Below the pieces are notes generated by a model. It was not told where the DNA came from. It did no database searches and saw nothing but the letters and a program-made list of their open reading frames with translations. From Nitrospirota bacterium (GTDB lineage: Bacteria > Nitrospirota > UBA9217), in assembly GCA_963836175.1 (NCBI GenBank), contig CAWIIS010000006.1:95213-159212 (forward strand): DNA of 64,000 nucleotides, read 5' to 3'. Positions 9,695 through 17,727 of this stretch are shown here, piece by piece; position 1 is the first letter of the stretch; each line of letters begins with the position of its first letter. The position numbers and the translations under genes are program-made.

Positions 9695-10947
9695 TACGAC
9701 ACCTCCCTGACAGTCTTTATCCGCAACTCACCAGTAAGAAGCTTTTGCATTAGAGCGTTCTTTTGTTCTTTCAGCAATTCAAGGTTGCGCTGCAAGAGAT
9801 TAATTTCTTTCTGAGCAATTTCTAGCACGGCATTAATCTCTTCCTGTTCATTAAGATGTGGCAGCGGGACAGGTAGTTTAGAAAACTCATTCCACCGTAA
9901 ACTGCCACGGCGATCTACAGAAGCGCTGGTATTTGCTTCAAAGATGTGTCTGTATGTTTCGGTTTTAAGCATCTTATAAAGATAGCCGTCATTAACTTGC
10001 TTCTCATCCGTCCTGAAAACGGTGTACATCGGGCTAACCAGTCCGTTAGGGTATAGATTCTGATATCCGATAGAGCCTTCTTCAATGTGATTTGTGGCAT
10101 AGGCAAATTGACCATACTCAACTACTTTATACGTGGATGTGTCTTTGCTGAATATCTGTTTATCAAAGTACTTAAGTGAATCGACGAGTCCCTGATACTT
10201 AGTGCACGAAAGAACAGGGATAGCGCCACCATGACGATTTTTTGTGCTTATCTCTTTCGCGATTGAACCAAATATCACAATACTCCAGTCGTCCGGAATA
10301 GAAAACCACGGTTTCGTCAAACGCCCTTTCGTTTTTCTCCCTTTAAGCCGTACTTTTCCAAATAATAGCTTATGAGCTAAGTCCTTTTTGCGATGCTCCG
10401 TCGCCTCAATCAGCCTTTTTTCTTTTTCAATGGCAGTAGCCCAAGCTGAATTAATTTTTACAATCTCATCTTGCTCTTTTCTGCCCGGCAACCAAAGTTT
10501 ATATTGAGATAAATCTTTCCAATAAATGGCCGCCACGCTTGTACTTCCGGCCGCGAGCGTATTAAGTTGTTTCTTACCTTGTCCGTGCGTCATCTGCAGA
10601 CAAACAAAATCAGGGTTTACAGATCGATGAAAACGAACTCGAAGAAGATTGTTATCGAATGTTGCAGTAGCTTTTTCTCCATGCCAAACGGCAGTCTTGC
10701 CGACAAGTTCCATTGTGTTGCGGGTGTTAAATAGGAGGTCTCCACTTTCAAGATAGAATTCCTTAGGCACACTTTTTAGATCGATAGATTCAACATTAGC
10801 TAAAGCTAACGCCCCCCACCTTAAATTGCCCATCTTCAATAAGGGCATTGTGTCTGTCCCTGAGAACCCACGCGTTGTGATACCAAGGGTTGCAGCAATC
10901 GTTATTTCTTCAAATTTCTGAACTTTCCAGCCAGATGGCAACTTCAT
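9694..10947 (-). CDS. hsdS: Type I R-M specificity subunit, full length with two TRDs (HsdS)
   Basis: 417-aa ORF with two variable target-recognition regions separated by conserved coiled-coil spacers (EKEKRLIEATEHRKKDL and KEINLLQRNLELLKEQKNALMQKLLTGE). Confidence 0.9.
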   Translation of the reverse strand: MKLPSGWKVQKFEEITIAATLGITTRGFSGTDTMPLLKMGNLRWGALALANVESIDLKSVPKEFYLESGDLLFNTRNTMELVGKTAVWHGEKATATFDNNLLRVRFHRSVNPDFVCLQMTHGQGKKQLNTLAAGSTSVAAIYWKDLSQYKLWLPGRKEQDEIVKINSAWATAIEKEKRLIEATEHRKKDLAHKLLFGKVRLKGRKTKGRLTKPWFSIPDDWSIVIFGSIAKEISTKNRHGGAIPVLSCTKYQGLVDSLKYFDKQIFSKDTSTYKVVEYGQFAYATNHIEEGSIGYQNLYPNGLVSPMYTVFRTDEKQVNDGYLYKMLKTETYRHIFEANTSASVDRRGSLRWNEFSKLPVPLPHLNEQEEINAVLEIAQKEINLLQRNLELLKEQKNALMQKLLTGELRIKTVREVS

Positions 10948-11113
10948 TTATTACCCTCACTTTTCATCTTTTACCTGTTTCACTTTCTCTATTCCCTGCT
11001 AGATCTGCTTCAACTCCGGCATATCCTCCTGCTCTGCGCAAACCGCGCCGCCTCACATCATGGAAGTACTACCTTCGTTCATGAAGAGTATAAGCTCGCC
11101 TGCAGACACGCTT

Positions 11114-12632
11114 TCATATCGCGATCCCAAGCTCTTCAAGATAGTGCCTCATTTTTTTCCGCACCTCAGTCAATTCGACCTCAAGTTGCTCGATCTCTTT
11201 CTGGACTGCAGCCACATCTATCTTTTCCTCTTCCTCGAACGTATCCACATATCGCGGGATATTGAGGTTAAAATCATTTTCTCTTATCTCATCAAAAGTG
11301 GCGATGTGAGCGTATTTATCCACATCTTTACAGGCATTGTACGTAGCAACAATTTTTGCGATGTGCTCTTTCAAGAGAATATTACGAGTCTTTGCTGACT
11401 GGTAATCGTGGCTTGCATCGATGAATATTACATTTCGCTTTTTATCATTGACACCACCCTTCTCTCGGGAGCGGTCAAAAATTAAAATCGCTACTGGAAT
11501 AGATGTCGTAGGAAACAAATTTGCCGGGAGCCCCACGACTGCATCAAGTACATTATCCTCGATTAGTTTCTGGCGTATTCGGCCTTCTGCGCCTCCACGA
11601 AACAATACTCCATTCGGGACCACCACGGCCACACGTCCTTCTTTCTCAAGCGCCGCTTCCACCATGTGGCTGATAAAAGCATAATCGCCCTTGCTCTTGG
11701 GTGGAATACCGCGCCAAAAGCGGTTGAATCGGTCGCTCTCTGCTTCTGCAGCACCCCACTTATCAAGCGAAAATGGAGGATTGGCAACAACTATGTTGAA
11801 CTTCATGAGGCGATCTTTTTCTACCAATGCGGGATTGGTTAAAGTGTTGCACCATTCGATTCGAGCACCATCCATGCCGTGCAGAAACATATTCATACGG
11901 GCCAGCGCCCAGGTGCTGCCGTTCACTTCCATACCGAATAGCGCGAAGTCTCGACCACCGACCTCCTTAGCCGCCTCGATCAAAAGACCAGCTGAACCAC
12001 ATGCAGGATCGCAGATACGATCACCCGGCTTTCGGCCGGACAAGCCTGGCCAAAAGCTCGGACACCTTGTGCGGGGTATAGAACTCGCCGGCCTTCTTGC
12101 CGGCGTCAGAGGCAAAGCGTTCTATGAGGTAAATATACGTGTTGCCAATAACATCTTCGGAAACACGACTTGGACGCATATCGAGCTGGGGCTTATTAAA
12201 ATCTTCGAGGATATGTTTTAACAGGCGGTTCCTGTCCTTGGTCTTGCCGAGGTTCGACTCACTGTTGAAGTCGATATTGCGGAACACGCCCTCGAGTTTG
12301 GCTTTGTTCGCCTCTTCGATAGCGTCCAAGGCCACATTGATTATCTCGCCGATATTCGGTTCGCTTCGCTGATTATAAACGTCGTAAAAGCTTGCCCCTT
12401 TGGGCAATACGAATCGCTCCCGCCCTAGCTTCCGCCGGATGCGCTCATCATCATCGCCGTACTCTTTTTTGTACTCCTCATAATGATCCTGCCATACGTC
12501 AGAGATGTATTTCAGAAACAGCATCACTAGGATATAGTCCTTATACTGGGCCGGGTCCACCGGTCCCCTAAAGGTGTCACACGCCGCCCATGCGATATTA
12601 TTGATCTCTTCCTGCGAAACCTTTGTGGTCAT
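11114..12632 (-). CDS. hsdM: Type I R-M N6-adenine DNA methyltransferase HsdM, with one frame change near 12026..12034
   Basis: The N-terminal fragment is ORF 12021..12671 (HsdM_N-like, ends FYTPHKVSELLARLV). The C-terminal fragment is ORF 11114..12115 (DPACGSAGLL SAM motif, NPPF catalytic motif in VVANPPFSL). The likely start MTTKV at 12632 overlaps the stop of the upstream half-hsdS in ATGA. Confidence 0.9.
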
Positions 12633-13222
12633 TTTGAATTCTCCTTTTTGCTTTTGGCTACTTTCAAACATACTGCGTTAATCAGCCGCGTTCGCTTTTC
12701 CTGCAGCTGTGCAAGAAGTTGCTTTTCTTTTTCCAAGAGACTGCTCAATTCGACGATCTTCTTCTGTTTGTCAATGGATGGAACTTCAACTTCAAGCCCT
12801 TTGAAGGCTGACAGGGATATCAACGGCATATGGGTTCCGTGACGAGCATTCATATGTAGAAATTCCTGGGCGGGTGCTTGATTGATATACCAGGAGATGT
12901 ATTCCGGCAGCACCTCGGGCTTTTTGATTCTAATGACAAAGAAATGACTGGCTGCAATAGCATGCCTGAGATCATTGACTATCGGTGCGGCCCAGTTCCT
13001 GTGACCACGCGAAAGAAATAGGACATCACCCTTATTGAGGTGAAACTGTTCTACAGACTTGTCGATATTTACTTGCATGAGACTGTCAGCGTGCAAGTTG
13101 CGGTTATCGTCAAAGTCGCGGATCTGAATAACGGAATGAGTCCCGTCATCGACTGGCTCTATCTTCGCCCTGAACTGATAACCGATGTTGATATCAGCGA
13201 TGTCTGTTATATGAGCTTTCAT
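12629..13222 (-). CDS. hsdS: Half-size Type I specificity protein (single TRD plus one conserved coiled-coil)
   Basis: 197-aa ORF with one TRD followed by VPSIDKQKKIVELSSLLEKEKQLLAQLQEKRTRLINAV, which is typical of an HsdS conserved region. It is translationally coupled to hsdM. Confidence 0.8.
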   Translation of the reverse strand: MKAHITDIADINIGYQFRAKIEPVDDGTHSVIQIRDFDDNRNLHADSLMQVNIDKSVEQFHLNKGDVLFLSRGHRNWAAPIVNDLRHAIAASHFFVIRIKKPEVLPEYISWYINQAPAQEFLHMNARHGTHMPLISLSAFKGLEVEVPSIDKQKKIVELSSLLEKEKQLLAQLQEKRTRLINAVCLKVAKSKKENSK

Positions 13223-13281
13223 ATTTCCCTTTAAGATAGGGCCGCCTGCGGTGCAGACGGCCCCCCATTTGTTAATCTACA

Positions 13282-13617
13282 TCAAGGTACGAGCTGGTCG
13301 TTACAAGGCGGCTTACAGTTGATCATGAGGTCCGCCTCTTCTGCTTTGCGAGTCCGTTCTCCGTTGCCGTTACCATGCACATGAATATGCGTCGCTCCTT
13401 GCCTCTTCGCGCACGGCTCTTTCTCGTGATTTCCGATCCGCGTGTTCAGATTCTCGGTCTGCCCGATGTAACAGGCCGACCAACTGCCGGGCTGACTCTG
13501 TTTGGCAAAGATGTAGTTGCCCGGAATTTCCTTGAAGCTTGTGCCTAACGGATAGACACTGTACTCATACTTCTGGCCAGATTTGCCCGGCCATGTTACC
13601 GATGGTGCATCACCCAA
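13282..13617 (-). CDS. Small stand-alone GIY-YIG nuclease-family protein
   Basis: 111-aa ORF with a TTG start and AGGAGG 8 nt upstream. GIY-YIG-like motifs are present: GNYIF ... CYIGQTENLNTRIGNHEK ... ERTRKAEEADLMIN. Confidence 0.65.
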   Translation of the reverse strand: MGDAPSVTWPGKSGQKYEYSVYPLGTSFKEIPGNYIFAKQSQPGSWSACYIGQTENLNTRIGNHEKEPCAKRQGATHIHVHGNGNGERTRKAEEADLMINCKPPCNDQLVP

Positions 13618-13649
13618 TCTTGTTTCCTCCTAATTATGAAATTTATGTC

Positions 13650-13725
13650 CAAGCTCAGTTGGACAACTCCATTGGGCTTCGGGCAGTGCTGTCCTTCGCC
13701 CCTACTCCTTTCTGAACTGAGCTTG
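13650..13725 (-). other. Structured leader: 11-bp perfect inverted repeat enclosing about 54 nt, directly upstream of the GIY-YIG RBS
   Basis: caagctcagtt (13650..13660) pairs with aactgagcttg (13715..13725). Nested complementary GGACA/TGTCC and GGGC/GCCC segments lie inside. Confidence 0.5.
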
Positions 13726-13804
13726 ACAGGAGGTAAAAAAACGGATAGTGTTCACTTGAAAGTTGTCCGTCTTTTCTCCGGCAAGCTTTGCCCGAGTTGA
13801 AGAC

Positions 13805-13839
13805 AAAAAGGCTCTGTGTCGTAAGCACAGAGCCTTTTG
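13805..13839. terminator. Bidirectional intrinsic terminator downstream of the TA operon
   Basis: 9-bp GC-rich stem (ggctctgtg 13810..13818 / cacagagcc 13826..13834) flanked by an A-run on one side and a T-run on the other. Confidence 0.75.
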
Positions 13840-13964
13840 CTTTTTGTTTTCATGATTCACCATACTTCATATTATATAATAGACAGATGTGCTTGTCAAA
13901 TATTTAATTGAGTATGGCAAATATGTCAATAATTAATAACTTATTGATTTTACAATGTTAACAA

Positions 13965-14975
13965 CTAATATCTCAGCTCGTCGGCATACTCATATGAAAT
14001 AAACTGACGATCAGGAGTTTCAATATAGCCTTTCTCTTGATGCGAAAATTCGCTTATCGACGTCGACGTCATGTCTTTGAAATGCTCCTTTACCGAAGCG
14101 AGCAACTTCAATTCGGAGGTGGTGAATAATGACAAATCCGGCTTTTTGAGCGACGTAAGTTGTTCACCGGAATATCCTCCAGGATAAAATTCTTCAGTTA
14201 CGCCAATAGCATTCTCATCCACCAGTGTTGCAAAGTAATAATCATACTTGTCAGGAACTGGTCCGTAAGGATAGCGCGCATAGCGCATTCCCGTGATGGA
14301 CAAGCTGTAATCCTTGAAATGCTTGAAATCGGCATAGAAAAGAAGCTTGTTAAGCTTTGTTTTCAGTATGCCCCCTATGCAAAAGAATAGAATGGCATTT
14401 GTGAATTTTTCTATATCGAGCTTTCGATATCCGCTGAATTCATCAGGAGTATAGTGCCCAAAACGCTCTTCGTAAATGTTTTCAAAACTCCGGCTTTCCT
14501 CGTCCAAGGCTTTCAACTCTTTTATAAGCCGCTCCCCTTTTTCCGCGGAGCTGAAGGCCTCCGGGGTTTCTTCGATGAGCTTCAATAGATTATGCGGTTC
14601 CACGGCGCGCCGAAAAGCCTTCTCATGCGCCTCGTCCTGGAGCGCGCCGTTCTCGTAGCGGGAGAGCGTGGCTAAGCCCCAGCCCAGAAGACGACTCACC
14701 TCCTGCTGCGTGAGGCCGTACCTCTCGCGGCGTTCCCGGATCTCTTCGGGCTGGAGCATGCCGTGCCGCTTACGATATTCTCGATACGCTTGATTGATTG
14801 GATCAACAGTTGACTTGGGGGGCCTAAATTCGTTACCGCACTCTAAACACTTAAAATACTCGACATTCAATTCTATTGCTTCACCGCGAACCTTGAACTC
14901 TTCCTTCGTTTTAATTAATTCCGTATTCGTTTCTTTTTCACAGTTTAAACATATATTTTTCATAATATTCGTCAT
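13965..14975 (-). CDS. Fusion antitoxin: MqsA-like zinc ribbon plus XRE-type HTH, fused to a C-terminal Panacea (DUF4065/SocA-like) domain
   Basis: 336-aa ORF. The N-terminus has CLNCEK...CLECGNEF (zinc ribbon). This is followed by RERYGLTQQEVSRLLGWGLATLSRYENG (HTH, as in MqsA). The C-terminal half has KLNKLLFYADFKHFKDYSLSITGMRYARYPYGPVP, typical of DUF4065/Panacea. It lies 18 nt downstream of the toxin gene. Confidence 0.8.
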   Translation of the reverse strand: MTNIMKNICLNCEKETNTELIKTKEEFKVRGEAIELNVEYFKCLECGNEFRPPKSTVDPINQAYREYRKRHGMLQPEEIRERRERYGLTQQEVSRLLGWGLATLSRYENGALQDEAHEKAFRRAVEPHNLLKLIEETPEAFSSAEKGERLIKELKALDEESRSFENIYEERFGHYTPDEFSGYRKLDIEKFTNAILFFCIGGILKTKLNKLLFYADFKHFKDYSLSITGMRYARYPYGPVPDKYDYYFATLVDENAIGVTEEFYPGGYSGEQLTSLKKPDLSLFTTSELKLLASVKEHFKDMTSTSISEFSHQEKGYIETPDRQFISYEYADELRY

Positions 14976-14993
14976 AATTTCTCACCCCTCATC

Positions 14994-15353
14994 TCATTTT
15001 TTGAGTGGGTAGCACATTGGAAATTTAGCTTCGTGAAAAGAGATGCATTTTGCGTATTTTTTTCCAGCGATCTCTGCAATCTTTAGCTTGATGTAGACCT
15101 CCTTTCCATCAATGTTTTTTCCGAATTCCCAAACAGAGCCGGGTCTATCTTTGTCAGGTTCTGGACCGCTGCAATAATTATCAATGGATAAAGACAGTAA
15201 TTCATTCAGGGCATCTGATATTGTAATCCCTAGATCGATAAATGCATTTCCGGATTCTGTCCGTTTAACAAAAATGTCAACTTCGCTACTAGCTGATAAC
15301 TTCTTGAATTCCTTCAAAAATATCGCAACACCTAACATTTTTATACTATTCAT
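14994..15353 (-). CDS. MqsR-family toxin (mRNA interferase-like)
   Basis: 119-aa ORF whose C-terminal half aligns by eye with E. coli MqsR (SVWEFGKNIDGKEVYIKLKI ... CISFHEAK versus IWQDVYRPRLVTGQVYLKITV ... IVSFKEK). GGAGGTGA RBS. The toxin-first gene order matches mqsRA. Confidence 0.75.
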   Translation of the reverse strand: MNSIKMLGVAIFLKEFKKLSASSEVDIFVKRTESGNAFIDLGITISDALNELLSLSIDNYCSGPEPDKDRPGSVWEFGKNIDGKEVYIKLKIAEIAGKKYAKCISFHEAKFPMCYPLKK

Positions 15354-15395
15354 TCAATGGGTTCACCTCCTCTCTTTTTGTGAATATTATTCTGA

Positions 15396-15448
15396 ACAAT
15401 ATCACTTATTGGCATATTTGTCAACTTTAATTTATCAATTGATAAATT
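15396..15448 (-). promoter_or_regulatory. TA promoter with an adjacent 20-bp perfect palindrome (candidate antitoxin operator)
   Basis: Minus strand: TTGACA (15424..15419), a 17-nt spacer, then TATTGT (15401..15396). The perfect palindrome aatttatcaattgataaatt (15429..15448) lies 4 nt upstream of the -35. Confidence 0.6.
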
Positions 15449-15554
15449 GAGTAGGCCAAAAAAAGGGTGTGCTTGTTATCATGGCCCGTGTAGAACCTTC
15501 TGATTGCTCTGCCAAGCAAATATGACCAGCCTCCCTGAGGCGGAGTAGCCTGAA

Positions 15555-16412
15555 TCATTTCACCTGACCCGGCTTCATGCCCGTTAGGCTGAACACGAAT
15601 GACCCGATCGTGATCGTGCTCTTCATGAGAACCGGGACCTTCCGGCTGTCATCCGTAAGCCAGATAAAAACCTCCCCTTTGTTCAGGAAGACCCCTTCGT
15701 ACAACGGATGGGTCTTGACCTTGATCGCAGCAAACTCACCGGCAGGCGTTTTCACCGTCTCCCTGCCCAGCGTCAGGACCTCGATAGACCAATTCTTGTT
15801 GCTGTCAAAAACATTGACCGTGATCACCTTGCCGATGGTGAATTCATCGATCGTCCGGAGATAGTAGAGCGACGACAGTGCATCCTGCACCTGCTCAGGG
15901 ATGTCCAGGGTCTTCGGGGCATCGTCGTTCTGCGTGCTGATGACTTTCTTTCGCGGATGGTCGAAGACCACGTCGCGGCGCATCTTTTTCTTTCCGTGGC
16001 TCTGCCTGATGCTGTAGGAGAGGCTTTTCATGATCTGCGGATCAAACGTGCTCCGGACGGTGTCATTCACCGGAAAGATCTTATTCACGGCCCCTTTGGA
16101 GCTGCCCGTCGTGACGAACAAAAGGCCCGGCCTTCCACCCGGCAGCGTTTCGCTTTTGATCTCCATGACCGCGGTCCCTGCGGAGAGGAGCCTGGACCAG
16201 CTGACGTCGTAGGTCAGTCTTTCGCCGGGCTGGAGCGCCCGAATGCCCGGTTGGGCGGAAACGATCTGCTGCTCTGCTGCGCTAACAGCGCCGGGAACGA
16301 GCAGCCGTCCGAACAGGAGAAGATACAGGACCGCTGTTTTCAACAATATATGACGACATTCGCCGCGTGAAAAGATATCCATGCGCTTTGAATGTATCAA
16401 AACATCGGGCAT
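15555..16412 (-). CDS. DUF3108-like secreted protein
   Basis: 285-aa ORF with a signal-like N-terminus and the pattern LTYDVSWSRLLSAGTAVMEI ... typical of DUF3108. The start is uncertain. Confidence 0.55.
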   Translation of the reverse strand: MPDVLIHSKRMDIFSRGECRHILLKTAVLYLLLFGRLLVPGAVSAAEQQIVSAQPGIRALQPGERLTYDVSWSRLLSAGTAVMEIKSETLPGGRPGLLFVTTGSSKGAVNKIFPVNDTVRSTFDPQIMKSLSYSIRQSHGKKKMRRDVVFDHPRKKVISTQNDDAPKTLDIPEQVQDALSSLYYLRTIDEFTIGKVITVNVFDSNKNWSIEVLTLGRETVKTPAGEFAAIKVKTHPLYEGVFLNKGEVFIWLTDDSRKVPVLMKSTITIGSFVFSLTGMKPGQVK

Positions 16413-16452
16413 ACGTCAAACAGCGCGGGACGACCCTGAGAACAGTGCTGTA

Positions 16453-16535
16453 TTTGCGAGGAGCGACGCGGCAATCTCAATTTTTTAAACATGATGCAAA
16501 AAGCGAGACTGCTTCGCTACGCTCGCAAAGGCGGC
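16453..16535. repeat. REP-like hairpin element (family: gcaatctc ... gagattgcttcgctacgctcgcaaag)
   Basis: tttgcgaggagcgacgcggcaatctc (16453..16478) is an inverted, degenerate copy of gcgagactgcttcgctacgctcgcaaaggcggc (16503..16535). A second locus is at 42567..42632. Confidence 0.75.
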
Positions 16536-16671
16536 TTTATCGATTTATTATGAAATCTTCAAATTTGAGAAGAGGTCTGCTGCGGTTTTTACAGTTGATG
16601 GTCCAGAAATGAGGGAGGCGTTGATAATACAACGGCAGGTGAAGTGCGTGCGGCGCAGTGCAGTGGGCAGC

Positions 16672-17619
16672 CTAAATCTTTTTCATTCTCCGGACCCGGC
16701 GCCGGTATTTCCTGACCGGCGGCTCCTGGAAGGAGATTTCGAGGTCCGGATTCGTTCCAAGCTCGGCAAGCGTCTGGGTGCTCTCCCAGAGCCGGAACCG
16801 TGATGCGGCCCCCAGGACCGCGGTATAGATGATGCCCTTCTCCGTATCCATGGCGCCGACGAAACAATGCTGTGCGCTGCTCGTAAATCCTGTCTTGCCG
16901 CCGAGCATGTTGCTCCGGTACCACAGCATATCATCGGAATTTTCCAGGTAGAGCTCCCTGCCCGCTGTTGTGGTGACCAGCCACTCTTTTTTCCCCAGGA
17001 TCTCCTTGATCAGCGGATAGGTGAGCGCCCGTTTCATGATGATGGCCAGATCGCGGGCCGTCGTATATTGCTTGCCTTTGGGCAGCCCCGAGGCGGTAAT
17101 GAAATGCGTATCGCAGGCCCCGATCTCCTCCGCCTTCCGGTTCATCAGCGCCACAAAAGCATCCTCCGAACCGGCAGCCTCTTCGGCCAGCGCCACGGCC
17201 GCGCCATTGATCGATTTCATGAGCGCCAGATGGAGAAGATCAGAGACCGTCAGCTCATCGTCCGTTTTCAGCCTGGGTTTGATGGAGCGCGTTGCTGCTG
17301 CAGTGCGGCTCACCGTAACCGGCGCTTCCGGCGCAAGGCGGTCCAGGGCCACCATGGCGGTCACCAGCTTTACCGTGCTGGCAGGCGGCAGTTTGGCTGA
17401 AGGGTTCTGAGCGTACAGCACGGATTCCTTGTCATCCATCACAAAGCACGCCTTGGCGGAAACGACCTGCGAAGAAGGTGAAAAGGAAGAGGCCGGCGGG
17501 ACCGCTGCCAGCAGAAGGACCGCGCCCAGCAGATAACGGATCGATCGTTTCAAGAGAGCTCCTGAGATCACGAACATGGATATCGGGTAAAGTAGTATAC
17601 CGGCCCTCGCCGCAGCCAT
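16672..17619 (-). CDS. D-alanyl-D-alanine carboxypeptidase (S11, PBP5/6-like)
   Basis: 315-aa ORF with a signal/TM N-terminus, SxxK (ASTVKLVTA), SxN-like (MKSINGAA) and KTGFT (GGKTGFTSSA). Confidence 0.85.
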   Translation of the reverse strand: MAAARAGILLYPISMFVISGALLKRSIRYLLGAVLLLAAVPPASSFSPSSQVVSAKACFVMDDKESVLYAQNPSAKLPPASTVKLVTAMVALDRLAPEAPVTVSRTAAATRSIKPRLKTDDELTVSDLLHLALMKSINGAAVALAEEAAGSEDAFVALMNRKAEEIGACDTHFITASGLPKGKQYTTARDLAIIMKRALTYPLIKEILGKKEWLVTTTAGRELYLENSDDMLWYRSNMLGGKTGFTSSAQHCFVGAMDTEKGIIYTAVLGAASRFRLWESTQTLAELGTNPDLEISFQEPPVRKYRRRVRRMKKI

Positions 17620-17727
17620 GCAACGGGCAGAGAGTATCAGGACTGGCTTGAAAAGTCAACAGCACGCACTTGACACGGGTTCCGGCGGCGCTACACTTGA
17701 AGCAGAACAGCGTGGGAGGAAAACACC

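Noticed and set aside
12020-12040. hsdM frameshift as a phase-variation switch or evidence that the R-M system is dead
   Set aside because: The site is not a long homopolymer or simple-sequence repeat. The same kind of single-base frame break also hits essential genes across the window, so assembly error is the more economical explanation.
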